Shown here piece by piece: positions 41,822 through 51,900 of a stretch of 64,000 nt of DNA. Numbering within the stretch: the stretch's first letter is position 1; each line of letters opens with the position of its first letter. The translations under genes and the position numbers were made by a program. The stretch is from assembly GCA_963850855.1 (NCBI GenBank), contig CAWKNH010000012.1, positions 32,752 to 96,751 of the forward strand, given 5' to 3'. This stretch comes from an uncultured Alphaproteobacteria bacterium. GTDB lineage: Bacteria > Pseudomonadota > Alphaproteobacteria > Rhizobiales > Xanthobacteraceae. The notes below the pieces were generated by a model. That model did no database searches. It saw only the letters and a program-made list of their open reading frames with translations, and had not been told where the DNA came from.

Positions 41822-42259
41822 TCAGTGCGGCTTAGCGGCAGGCGCCAACCCGCCCATCTTGCAGATGAGCTTCCATTCCTCCGCGGTCACCGGCTGCACC
41901 GACAGGCGCGGATATTTGGCCAGGATCATGTTCTTGAGTTTCGGGTCGGCTTTGATCGCCGCAAGGGTCACCGGCTTCGGCAATGGCTCGACCGCGCCGG
42001 TGGTCACCGCGACCCAGGGCTCGCCCTTCTCTGCGGTCGGGTCCGGATAGTGCTCGCGGATCACCTCGCCGATGCCGACCACCTGTTTCTGATCGCCGGT
42101 GTGATAGAAGAAGAACTTCTCGCCCTTCTTCATCTCCTTGAGGTGCCGGCGCGCGGTGAAATTGCGCACGCCCGACCAAGCCTCGCCCTTGGCGCCGCGC
42201 TTGACCTGATCGTCCCAGGAAAACTCCTCCGGCTCGGTCTTCATCAGCCAATAAGCCAT
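41822..42259 (-). CDS. EVE (PUA-like) domain protein
   Basis: 145-aa track ORF: MAYWLMKTEPEEFSWDDQ...WSGVRNFTARRHLKEMKKGEKFFFYHTG... It sits 2 nt downstream of gpsA. Confidence 0.85.
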   Translation of the reverse strand: MAYWLMKTEPEEFSWDDQVKRGAKGEAWSGVRNFTARRHLKEMKKGEKFFFYHTGDQKQVVGIGEVIREHYPDPTAEKGEPWVAVTTGAVEPLPKPVTLAAIKADPKLKNMILAKYPRLSVQPVTAEEWKLICKMGGLAPAAKPH

Positions 42260-42261
42260 GG

Positions 42262-43251
42262 TTATTCCTCCGCCTTCAGCGGCCGCGATAATAGCGACTC
42301 GATCGCCGCATCGACGCTCATTTTTCCGTCGAGTAGCGCGGCGACGGCAAACGAGATCGGCATGTCGACCGCGCGCTCGCGCGCCATCTCGGCCAGCACC
42401 GCCGCCGTGGACGCGCCTTCGGCGAGCCCGGTGGCGGCCTGGATCGTTTCCGGGCGGTGGCCGCGGCCGAGATGGACGCCGAAACTGAAGTTTCGCGACT
42501 GCGGGCTCGAGCAGGTGAGCAGTAGATCGCCGAGCCCGGAAAGGCCCATCATGGTCTCCGGCCGCGCGCCGTAAGCCTTGCCGAAGCGCATGAGCTCGGC
42601 AAAGCCGCGGGTGGTCAGCGCCGCCGCGGCGCTCGCGCCGAGGCCGCGGCCGGTAACGATTCCGGCAGCGATGGCGAGCACGTTCTTGGCGGCGCCGCCG
42701 ATCTCGACGCCGCGCAGATCGGTGGAATGGTAAGGGCGGAAGCTTGCCGAGCCGATTGCCTGCGCGAGCGCGCGCGCCAGCTCGCCGTCACTTGCCGCGA
42801 GCGTGACCGCCGTCGGCAGGCCGCGCGCCACATCGGCGGCAAAGCTCGGCCCGGAGAGGATCGCCGGCACCGCCTCGGGCGCGCATTCGGCGATCACCTC
42901 GCTCATGAATTTCCCGCTGCCGCGCTCGATGCCTTTGGCGCAGACGATCAGCGGCGTACGCGCGGCGAGAAAAGGCGTCAGCGCTGTTGCGGCCGCGCGG
43001 ACGGATTGCGCGGGAACGGCGAGGAGGAGCGCGTCGGCTGCCGCCGCGTCGGCGAGATCGGCGGCCAGCAAGACGCTGTCGTCGATTCTCACGCCGGGCA
43101 GAAGGCGGCTCTCGCGCGTTGCCGCGAGCTGCGCAGCGTTCGCGGGATCGCGCTCCCACAGCGTGACCTTCCGTCCGGCGCGCGCGCAGGTGAGCGCGAG
43201 CGCGCTGCCCCAGGCGCCGGCGCCGATGACCGCGATGTGGTTGAAGGCCAT
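42262..43251 (-). CDS. gpsA: NAD(P)H-dependent glycerol-3-phosphate dehydrogenase
   Basis: 329-aa track ORF. N-terminal [14 protein letters not shown] and a conserved C-terminal domain (...[13 protein letters not shown]...). Confidence 0.95.
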   Translation of the reverse strand: MAFNHIAVIGAGAWGSALALTCARAGRKVTLWERDPANAAQLAATRESRLLPGVRIDDSVLLAADLADAAAADALLLAVPAQSVRAAATALTPFLAARTPLIVCAKGIERGSGKFMSEVIAECAPEAVPAILSGPSFAADVARGLPTAVTLAASDGELARALAQAIGSASFRPYHSTDLRGVEIGGAAKNVLAIAAGIVTGRGLGASAAAALTTRGFAELMRFGKAYGARPETMMGLSGLGDLLLTCSSPQSRNFSFGVHLGRGHRPETIQAATGLAEGASTAAVLAEMARERAVDMPISFAVAALLDGKMSVDAAIESLLSRPLKAEE

Positions 43252-43269
43252 AGCGGCGGCGCGACGTCG

Positions 43270-44574
43270 CTACAGCGTTTCGCCGCGCAGCAATTTCGGT
43301 ACCTCGCCGACGAGCCCCGCCGCCTCGCGGATGAACAGGCGCTTGAGGTTGGGCACGCGATCGACTAGGCCGAGACCGACGTCGCGGGCGAGACGCAGCA
43401 CCGCGGAGCGGTTCGAGAACAGACGATTGAGGCCGTCGGTCGCGAGCCCCATGGCCATGGTATCGAACCGCCGCCAGCGCTGATAGCGCTCGAGCACCTG
43501 CGCCGCGCCCGGATCGAGGCCGAGCCGTACCGCGTCGACGATCACCTCGGCGAGCGCGGCGACATCTTTCAGGCCCATATTGAGTCCCTGTCCGGCGATC
43601 GGGTGGATGACATGGGCGGCGTCGCCGACGAGCGCGATCCGCTCGGCGATGAACGAGCGGGCCACGAAGAAGCCGAGCGGCAGCGCCCGGCGCGGGCCGA
43701 TGGTCGTGATCTCGCCGAGATGCAGCTTGAAACGGCGCTCGAGCTCGGCGTGGAAGGCGTCGTCGGGCAGGGCGACGATGCGCTCCGCCTCGCGCGTTGC
43801 TTCGGTCCACACGATCGAGGAGCGGCGGCCCGGAAGCGGCAGGATGGCGAACGGCCCGGCCGGCAGAAAATGCTCCTCGGCGCGGCCTTGATGATCGCGT
43901 TCGTGTCCGACATTGGTCACGATCGCCGACTGCGCGTAGCTCCAGCCATGAGTGGCGATGCCGGCGCCGGTGCGAATCGAGGAGCGCGCGCCGTCGGCGG
44001 CGACGAGGAGCCGCGCCGAGATTGCACCGCCGTCCGCCAACTCGACATCGACGTGCTGCGTCCACTCTCCCCTGGAAGGGGCGGGTCGACCGCCGGCAGG
44101 CGGCTCGCTTCGCTCGCGACCTGCTCCCTCCGGGGGAGGATAAGTAAATTTCGCAGCGGAGGCCGTTCGTAGATCGACGCCGACCTCTTTCGCCTTCACG
44201 GCGAGCGCATCGACGAGACGCCGGTTCTCGATCATATGGGCGAACGGCTCGCCCGGCTCGATCTCGCCGGCGAAAGTGAGAAAGACCGGCCGCACCGCGT
44301 CGTCGAGCCGGCTGTCGGTGACGACCATGTCGAGGATCGGCTGGGTTTCCGCCGCGACGTCCTGCCAAACGCCCAGCGTCTCGAACAAGCGGCGCGCGGC
44401 GGCAACGATCGCCGAGGCGCGCTCGTCATCGGCGTGGCTCTTGCCGAGCATCGGGTCCACAACAGTGACGGAAAAAGCCGACCCGAGCCCTTGCCGCAAG
44501 GCGATCGCAAGCGCGAGGCCGGCAAAGCCGCCGCCGGCGATGAGAACGTCGATCGGACCATTCGGCCGGTTCAT
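43270..44574 (-). CDS. UbiH/UbiF/VisC/COQ6-family FAD-dependent ubiquinone-biosynthesis hydroxylase (with a 28-codon low-complexity insertion)
   Basis: 434-aa track ORF. FAD motifs DVLIAGGGFAGLALA, ...LLVAADGARS... and ...GDAAHVIHPIAGQGLNMG... Confidence 0.9.
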   Translation of the reverse strand: MNRPNGPIDVLIAGGGFAGLALAIALRQGLGSAFSVTVVDPMLGKSHADDERASAIVAAARRLFETLGVWQDVAAETQPILDMVVTDSRLDDAVRPVFLTFAGEIEPGEPFAHMIENRRLVDALAVKAKEVGVDLRTASAAKFTYPPPEGAGRERSEPPAGGRPAPSRGEWTQHVDVELADGGAISARLLVAADGARSSIRTGAGIATHGWSYAQSAIVTNVGHERDHQGRAEEHFLPAGPFAILPLPGRRSSIVWTEATREAERIVALPDDAFHAELERRFKLHLGEITTIGPRRALPLGFFVARSFIAERIALVGDAAHVIHPIAGQGLNMGLKDVAALAEVIVDAVRLGLDPGAAQVLERYQRWRRFDTMAMGLATDGLNRLFSNRSAVLRLARDVGLGLVDRVPNLKRLFIREAAGLVGEVPKLLRGETL

Positions 44575-44727
44575 GATACGCGCGCCTGTACTGCTAGGCT
44601 TATTTCTGCTGGGCCTATTTCTGGACCGCAGCCGCTTGGCAGCATAGCATCGTCCGGCAAGCGTGCGAATTCGCCTTCACCGCCGGCAGCGCCGGCGTTT
44701 CCCCCGGACGACAGATTGGGCTCATTC

Positions 44728-45636
44728 ATGTCCGCCATCCAGGACGTACTCGACATCCTCGATCTCGAGCCGCTCGAGGTGAATCTGTTCCGCGGCCGCT
44801 CGCCGCAGTCGAAATGGCAACGCGTCTATGGCGGCCAGGTCATCGGCCAAGCCCTGGTCGCTGCCTGCCGCACGGTTGCGGAAGTGGCGCAGCGGCCGCC
44901 GCACTCGCTGCACGCCTATTTTCTCCTCGGCGGCGATCCCAAAGTGCCGATCATCTACGAGGTCGATCGCATTCGCGACGGGCGCAGCTTCACCACGCGG
45001 CGCGTGACCGCGATCCAGCACGGCGCGGCGATCTTCTCCATGGAGGTGTCGTTCCACGGCACGGAGCAGGGCTTGTCGCATCAATTCCCGATGCCCGAGG
45101 TGCCGAAACCGGACACGCTGCCGAGCGAAAGCGACATCAGGGAGCGCATGCTGTCGCGGATGCCGGATCCGGTGCGCACTTATTATCAGCGCGAGCGGCC
45201 GATCGAGATGCGGGCGGTCGAATACGGCCGCTATCTCGGCGAGAAGGTCGAAGGCGACGGCTTTCACGTCTGGATCCGCGCCACTGGAAGCCTGCCCGAT
45301 GAGCCGGCGATTCATCAATGCGTGCTCGCCTACGCTTCCGACATGAGCTTGCTTGGGGCGGCGTTGATCCCGCACCGGCTCAACATCTTCAACAACGAGA
45401 TCATGGCGGCAAGCCTCGACCACGCGATGTGGTTCCACCGGCCGTTCCGCGCCGATGAGTGGCTGCTTTATGTCCAGGACAGCCCGAACCTTGCCGGCTC
45501 GCGCGGTTTCGCGCGGGGCCTGATCTTCGCGGGCGACGGCACCCTGGTCGCCTCGGTCGCGCAGGAGGGCCTTCTGCGGCAGCGCCGCGCCAAGCCGGAA
45601 TCGGAGAGCCAAGGCAATAAAGAGCCAAGGCAATAA
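44728..45636 (+). CDS. tesB: Acyl-CoA thioesterase II
   Basis: Last 302 codons of composite track ORF 44236..45636, ATG 44728. MSAIQDVLDILDLEPLEVNLFRG...VYGGQVIGQAL... The double hot-dog pattern includes ...ASLDHAMWFH... Confidence 0.9.
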   Translation: MSAIQDVLDILDLEPLEVNLFRGRSPQSKWQRVYGGQVIGQALVAACRTVAEVAQRPPHSLHAYFLLGGDPKVPIIYEVDRIRDGRSFTTRRVTAIQHGAAIFSMEVSFHGTEQGLSHQFPMPEVPKPDTLPSESDIRERMLSRMPDPVRTYYQRERPIEMRAVEYGRYLGEKVEGDGFHVWIRATGSLPDEPAIHQCVLAYASDMSLLGAALIPHRLNIFNNEIMAASLDHAMWFHRPFRADEWLLYVQDSPNLAGSRGFARGLIFAGDGTLVASVAQEGLLRQRRAKPESESQGNKEPRQ

Positions 45637-45709
45637 AACGGCTTAATTCTTGGCGGCAAGGCCGGTATGGTGCGTAGCGCCTGCTGGCTGCTGCGCCGGG
45701 AACCGATCC

Positions 45710-46048
45710 ATGAAGCTCGTGATTGCCATCATCAAGCCGTTCAAGCTCGAGGAGGTGCGCGACGCGCTCACCGCTCTCGGCATTCGCGGCATGACCATCA
45801 CCGAAGTCAAAGGTTATGGCCGGCAGAAGGGCCACACCGAGATCTATCGCGGCGCCGAATACGCGGTGAATTTTTTGCCGAAGATCCGCGTCGAAATCGC
45901 GGTCCCGGCAGACGAGGCCGACAGGGTGGTTGAGGCGATCGGCACCGCCGCCAAGACCGGGCAGATCGGCGACGGCAAGATCTTCGTGGTTCCGCTCGAT
46001 CACGCGGTGCGCATCCGCACCAGCGAGACCGATTCCGACGCGCTGTGA
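45710..46048 (+). CDS. PII nitrogen-regulatory protein (GlnK-like paralog 1)
   Basis: 112 codons from ATG 45710. MKLVIAIIKPFKLEEVRDAL... and T-loop GYGRQKGHTEIYRGAEY (Tyr51 present). Confidence 0.95.
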   Translation: MKLVIAIIKPFKLEEVRDALTALGIRGMTITEVKGYGRQKGHTEIYRGAEYAVNFLPKIRVEIAVPADEADRVVEAIGTAAKTGQIGDGKIFVVPLDHAVRIRTSETDSDAL

Positions 46049-46247
46049 GCGGCGCTTCCCGGAACCTCGGGTTCAAAGAATGAACTTGAATTCCGCCCAT
46101 CCGCGATATTCCGCTGACGCCTATTTCTTGTGCATTATGACTCATCTCTAGGCGAAGGCGTTGGATAGCGATGTGTGGCGGCGTCTATGCTGCCCGAAAA
46201 AGCGTCTGACGGCCGTCGATCCCCATCCCGCGCAGGCTAACCGGAAC

Positions 46248-46263
46248 TGGCACGCCGTTTGAT
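46248..46263 (+). promoter_or_regulatory. Sigma-54 (-24/-12) promoter candidate for glnK-amtB
   Basis: TGGCACGCCGTTTGAT versus consensus TGGCACG-N4-TTGCW. It matches all fixed positions except -12 GC to GA. It lies 110 nt upstream of the glnK ATG. Confidence 0.6.
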
Positions 46264-46372
46264 TCTCTTGAGCGGTAACGCCGCGGGACCGTAGGCCCGC
46301 GCGCGGTGGTCGCTTTTGCTTAGCCCGCCCATTCGCTGCGTCGCAGGAGCGGGCGACGGGGAGATTGCATCA

Positions 46373-46711
46373 ATGAAAATCGTCATGGCCATCATCAAGC
46401 CCTTCAAGCTCGACGAGGTCCGCGACGCGCTCACCAAGATCGGCGTTCAGGGACTGACCGTCACCGAGGTGAAGGGCTACGGGCGGCAGAAGGGCCACAC
46501 CGAAATCTATCGCGGCGCCGAATACGCCGTGAGCTTCCTGCCGAAGATCAAGCTCGAGATCGCCTGTGCGTCCAATCAGGTCGACAAGGTCATCGAGACC
46601 ATCACCACGGCGGCGAAAACCGGACAGATCGGCGACGGCAAGATCTTTGTCTTCGGCCTCGACCATGCGGTGCGCATCCGCACCGGCGAGACCGACGCCG
46701 CGGCCCTTTGA
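46373..46711 (+). CDS. glnK: PII nitrogen-regulatory protein GlnK
   Basis: 112 codons from ATG 46373 behind GGGGAGA. MKIVMAIIKPFKLDEVRDAL... with the T-loop Tyr51. amtB begins 34 nt downstream. Confidence 0.95.
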   Translation: MKIVMAIIKPFKLDEVRDALTKIGVQGLTVTEVKGYGRQKGHTEIYRGAEYAVSFLPKIKLEIACASNQVDKVIETITTAAKTGQIGDGKIFVFGLDHAVRIRTGETDAAAL

Positions 46712-46745
46712 GCTGACCCGCACCAAAATGGACAGGAGTGAAACC

Positions 46746-48194
46746 ATGACCTCGAAGATGTTCTCGCGTGCGGGGCTCGTTGCTCTCGCCGGAGCGATCC
46801 TGCTCGCCATCGTGCTGAGCCTGCCGGCATTCCATGCCTCCTACGCGCAGACTTCGGCGACGCCCGCGGCTCCCGCCGCCGCTCCGGCTGCGCCCGCGGC
46901 GGCGCCGGCCGAGCCGCCGCCGCCGGCTTGCGACGCCAAGACGCTCGAGAAGTGCACGCCCAATTCCGGCGACACCGCCTGGATGCTGACCTCGATGGCC
47001 ATCGTGCTGATGATGACCATTCCCGGTCTCGCCCTGTTCTATGGCGGCATGGTGCGCAAGAAGAACGTCGGCGATACGGTGATGACGAGCTTCGCCATCA
47101 CCTGCCTGGTCAGCATTCTCTGGCTGTTCTTCACCTACAGCCTCGCCTTCCGCTCGGGGACACCGTTCATCGGTGGGCTCGATCGCGCCTTCCTGCAAGG
47201 CATCGTCAGCGACTTTTCCAAGAACATCGGCAATCCCAATCCGCTGGCGCCGACCATTCCCGAGACCGTCTATTCGATGTTCCAGCTGACCTTCGCCATC
47301 ATCACCGCGGCGCTGATCGCCGGCTCTTTTGCCGAGCGCATGAAATTCTCGGCGATGCTCTGGTTCATCGGGCTGTGGGCGATCTTCGTCTATTCGCCGG
47401 TCGCGCACTGGGTATGGGGACCGGATGGCGTGTTCAACTCCGCCAACGACCAGGCGTGGTTCAAGGTTCTCGATTTCGCCGGCGGCACGGTGGTGCACGT
47501 CAATTCCGGCACCGCTGGGCTGATGGCCGCGCTCATGCTCGGCAAGCGCAAGGACACCGCGCCGCCGCACAATATGGTGCTGACCATGATCGGCGCCTCG
47601 CTCCTCTGGGTCGGTTGGTTCGGCTTTAACGCCGGCTCGGCGGTCAGCGCCGGGATGCAGGCGGGCATGGCGATGACGGTGACGCACCTCGCCACCGCGA
47701 CCGCCGGCTTCACCTGGATGATCGTCGAGTGGATCATGCGCGGCAAGCCGACGGTCATCGGCATCTGCTCCGGCGCCGTCGCCGGGCTCGTCGCCATCAC
47801 CCCGGCCTCCGGCTTTGTCGGCCCGATGGGGGCTTTCTGCATCGGCGTTGCCGCCGGCATCGTCTGCTATTGGGGCTGTACCGGCCTCAAGCACATGTTC
47901 GGTTATGACGATGCGCTCGATACCTTCGGCGTGCACGCGGTCGGCGGCGCGGCCGGCGCGCTCCTTACCGGCGTGTTCGCGGTCAGCGAATATGGCGGCA
48001 CCGCCGGATTGATCCAGGGCAATGCCGGCCAGGTCTTGAACCAGGCGGTCGGCATCGGCTGCGTGTTCGTCTACGACGTGGTCGTGACGTTGATCATCCT
48101 CAAGGTCGTCGATCTGGCGATCGGCCTTCGCGTCAGCGAGGATGTCGAGCGCGGCGGCCTCGATCTCGCGCTGCACGGGGAGACCGTGCAGTAG
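46746..48194 (+). CDS. amtB: Ammonium transporter
   Basis: Part of track ORF 46566..48194. ATG 46746 behind AGGAG (alternative ATG 46728). Signal/anchor sequence plus a PAA-repeat linker. Amt motifs ...DFAGGTVVHVNSG... and ...LDTFGVHAVGG... Confidence 0.95.
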   Translation: MTSKMFSRAGLVALAGAILLAIVLSLPAFHASYAQTSATPAAPAAAPAAPAAAPAEPPPPACDAKTLEKCTPNSGDTAWMLTSMAIVLMMTIPGLALFYGGMVRKKNVGDTVMTSFAITCLVSILWLFFTYSLAFRSGTPFIGGLDRAFLQGIVSDFSKNIGNPNPLAPTIPETVYSMFQLTFAIITAALIAGSFAERMKFSAMLWFIGLWAIFVYSPVAHWVWGPDGVFNSANDQAWFKVLDFAGGTVVHVNSGTAGLMAALMLGKRKDTAPPHNMVLTMIGASLLWVGWFGFNAGSAVSAGMQAGMAMTVTHLATATAGFTWMIVEWIMRGKPTVIGICSGAVAGLVAITPASGFVGPMGAFCIGVAAGIVCYWGCTGLKHMFGYDDALDTFGVHAVGGAAGALLTGVFAVSEYGGTAGLIQGNAGQVLNQAVGIGCVFVYDVVVTLIILKVVDLAIGLRVSEDVERGGLDLALHGETVQ

Positions 48195-48287
48195 CGGGCC
48201 GCGCCCTGATCGTCGCGGCGGCCCACATCGGCATTTGCTCTGCGGCATCGCGCCTATTAGCGTGAGGGCAACAGAGCGGGGAGCCGC

Positions 48288-48797
48288 GTGATCAGGTGCG
48301 GGACGGCGCTGGGTTTGGTGGCGGCTCTGTTACTTTCGGCAGAGGCGGCACCGGCCGAGGAGAAGGACAAGGAACCGGTGCTCCTCGAACTCGGAGTAGC
48401 CGGTGAATGGAGCTTTTCCGGCGGCTCGAGTCTCGGCCCGACAGCGGCGCTCGACATTCCCGTCATCGCCGATTGGCTGGAGATCGAGGCCGGCGTCACG
48501 GCGCTTTTGAGCAACAGCCACACCGAGTGGGAAACCGACGTCATATTCAAGAAGCCTTTTGCGCTCAACGATAGCGTGGAGTTCGAGATCGGCGCCGGGC
48601 CGGCATGGCTGCACACGACCAACGCAGGCAGAGCGGCCGATTCACTCGGCGCGGAGGCCGCGATCGAATTTCAAATCTGGCCGTGGCCGGACCGAAGGCT
48701 CGGTTGGTATGTGGAGTTGAGCTACGGATATGATTTCGGCAAAGGACACGAGCAATCGCTGGGCCTGACCCTGGGCTTGCTCATTCCGATTCGGTGA
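48288..48797 (+). CDS. Small secreted protein, possibly a small outer-membrane beta-barrel; family not recognised
   Basis: 169-aa track ORF with GTG start behind GGGGAG. Signal peptide MIRCGTALGLVAALLLSAEA/AP. Alternating hydrophobic beta-strand pattern with aromatic girdles (WYVELSYGYDFG...). Confidence 0.6.
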   Translation: MIRCGTALGLVAALLLSAEAAPAEEKDKEPVLLELGVAGEWSFSGGSSLGPTAALDIPVIADWLEIEAGVTALLSNSHTEWETDVIFKKPFALNDSVEFEIGAGPAWLHTTNAGRAADSLGAEAAIEFQIWPWPDRRLGWYVELSYGYDFGKGHEQSLGLTLGLLIPIR

Positions 48798-48921
48798 GGG
48801 CGGCTGGGCAAACGTCACCGGCCGCCTTATTTTCCGTGTCGCCAATTTCCCGCGTCGCCAAGCCGCGCGCAGCGGTCTAAAATGTCGCGGGAGCAAGCGC
48901 TACCGGGAAAGCGGGTGAACC

Positions 48922-51900
48922 ATGTCCTTGATGACGACGCGACGTTTCGCGCCTCTGTTCTGGTGCCAGTTCTTCTCGGCATTCGGGGATAATTTCCTCA
49001 AGACGGCGCTGGTCTTCGTCATCCTGTTCGAGGTGGCGGGCGCCAATTCGGCGGCTCTGGTCACGCTTGCCGGCGCGACGCTCATCGTCCCGTTCTTTTT
49101 CCTGTCCGGGCTCGGCGGCGAGCTCGCCGACCGCTACGACAAGGCCTTCATCGCGCGGCGCCTGAAGTTTGCCGAGATCGGCGTCGCGACGATCGCGGTC
49201 GCCGGCTTCGCCTTCCATTCGCTGATTATTCTTTTCGTCGCGGTGTTCCTGTACGGCACGATCGCTTCGCTGTTCGGCCCGATCAAATACGGCATCCTGC
49301 CCGACCATCTCGCCCGCTCGGAGCTGCCGGCCGGAAACGCGCTGGTCGAAGGCGGGACCTTCCTCGCCATCCTTCTCGGCACCATTGTCGCCGGTATCGC
49401 GGCCAGGGGCGGCAGCGATCCGATCCACTTCGCCTGGCTGATGATGGTGTCGGCGTTCGCCTGCTGGATCGCGAGCCGCTTCATCCCGCCGAGCGGGGAG
49501 GGCGCGCCCGAGTTGGTGATCAAACGCAACATCCTTGCTTCCACGGGAAGCCTCATCAAATACGTGCGCGCGGACGCCCGCTTGTGGTGGGGCTCGCTGG
49601 TGGTGAGTTGGTTCTGGCTCGTCGGCGCGCTGGTCCTGTCGCTGCTGCCGACCCTGGTGACGTTCGACATCGGCGGCACCGAGGCGGTGGTCACCGTGTT
49701 CCTCACCATCTTCTCGGTCGCGGTCGCCGTCGGCTCCGGTCTCGCCGCGTGGCTGGCGGCCGGGCGCATCATTCTCCTGCCGACGCTCGTCGGCGCCGCA
49801 TTGCTTGGGCTCTTTTGCCTCGATCTCGGCTGGACGGTTTCCGCCATCGTGCCGGCGGCGCATCCGATCGGCATCGGCGAGTACTTCGCATCGCGTTACA
49901 GCGTCCACACCGCGATCGATCTCGCCGGGGTCGCCATCGCCGGCGGCCTCTATATCGTGCCGAGCTTCACTGCGGTGCAGGCCTGGGCCGGCGCCGACCG
50001 CCGCGCCCGCGTGGTCGCCGCCGTCAACGTGCTCAACGCCGCCTTCATGGTGGTCGGCGCGATCATCCTCGCCGTGCTGCAGAAGCTCGGAATGAGCGTC
50101 GCGGTCCTGTTTGCGCTCCTCGGCGCCGCCAATCTGGTCATGGCCGTCATCATCGGCCGTACCATGCCGGCGAGCTGGCTGAACGATTTTCTTTCCATCG
50201 TCTTCCGCGCTTTCTATCACCTCGAAGTGAAGGGCCTGGAGAACGTCGCCAAGGCCGGCCACAACGCCATCATCGCGCTCAACCATGTGAGCTTCCTCGA
50301 TCCGCCGCTGGCGACCGCGATCTTGCCCAAGCGTCCGGTGTTCGCGATCGACGTGGCGATGGCGAGGAACTGGTGGATTCAGCCGTTCCTCAAATTCGTG
50401 CGCACCATGGCACTCGACCCGCTCAAGCCGATGGCGATGCGCACGATCATCAACGCGGTGCGCGACGGCGACATGCTGGTGATCTTCCCGGAAGGCCGCA
50501 TCACCGTCACCGGCAGCCTGATGAAGATCTATGACGGCGCCGCGCTGATCGCCGACAAGTCCGACGCAATGGTGGTGCCGGTGCGCATCGACGGCCCCGA
50601 GGTGACGGTCTTCAGCCGGCTCAAGAAGACCCAGGTCAACCGGAAATGGTTCCCGAAGATCAAGGTGACGATCCTCGAACCGATGAAGCTCAAGGTCGAT
50701 CCGGAGCTCAAGGGCCGCAAGCGGCGGCAGGCCGCCGGCGCCGCGCTCTACGACATCATGTCGAACCTGATTTTCTCCACCACCTCGACCGACCACACCA
50801 TTGTCGAGGGGGTGATCGACGCCGCCAAGGTACACGGCCGCAAATGGATCGCGATCGAGGACCCGCTCAGCGGTCAGCTGACCTACAAGCGGCTCCTGCA
50901 GGCGACTGCCATTCTCGGCGCCAAGCTGATGCCGCTCGCTGCCGAAGGCCGCGCGATCGGCGTCATGCTGCCGACCTCGAACGGCGCCGTGGTGACCGTG
51001 CTCTCGCTCCTCTCCGGCGGACGCGTTCCGGCGATGATCAACTTCACCGCCGGCGCCGCCAACGTCCTCGGCGCCTGCCGCGCCGCGCAGGTCGACACCA
51101 TTCTCACCGCCCGCGCCTTCGTGGAAAAGGCACGCCTGGAAAATCTCATCGCCCATCTCGAGAAGCAGGTGCGCATCGTCTATCTGGAAGACATTCGCCA
51201 GACGGTGACGTTCGCCGACAAGCTGCGCGGCGCGCTGCGGGCGAAAAAGCCGCTGGTCGCGCGCAAGCCCGACGACTGGGCGGTGATCCTTTTCACCTCC
51301 GGCACCGAAGGCACGCCCAAGGGCGTGGTCCTCTCCCATCGCAACGTGCTGGCGAACGTCGCCCAGGTCGAAGCCCGCATCGATTTCGGCCGCGAGGACA
51401 GGCTGTTCATGGCGATGCCGGTGTTCCATTCGTTCGGCTTCATGGGCGGCATCGTGCTGCCACTGGTTTCCGGCGTGCCGACTTATCTTTATCCGTCGCC
51501 GCTGCATTACCGCACCGTGCCGGAATTGGTCTACGGCATCTGCGCGACCTACATGTTCGGCACCGACACGTTCCTGGCCGGCTATGCGCGCATGGCCAAT
51601 GCGTATGATTTCCGCTCGCTGCGCTGCATCGTCGCCGGCGCCGAGCCGGTGAAAGAAGCGACCCGCCGGGTCTATCTGGAAAAGTTCGGCCTGCGCATTC
51701 TCGAAGGCTATGGCGTGACCGAGACCTCGCCGGTGCTGGCGCTCAACACGCCGATGTTCAACAAATTCGGCACCGTCGGCCGCCTGCTGCCGGCAATGCA
51801 GGCGCGGCTGGAGAAGGTCGAGGGCGTCGATGAGGGCGGTCGCCTCTTCGTCAAAGGGCCGAATGTCATGCTCGGCTATCTGCGCGCCGAAAAGCCCGGC

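Noticed and set aside
42788-44368. 526-aa minus-strand ORF overlapping gpsA and the UbiH-family gene in another frame
   Set aside because: Extremely Arg/Pro-rich (RRRGG.., PRRR..) off-frame translation that spans two real genes and their spacer.
45710-46711. The two PII genes as an assembly duplication artefact
   Set aside because: The copies differ at roughly a quarter of residues and at many synonymous sites, and they are separated by unique sequence.
46602-48248. 548-aa minus-strand ORF antisense to amtB
   Set aside because: Shadow ORF. The + strand encodes a canonical Amt transporter.
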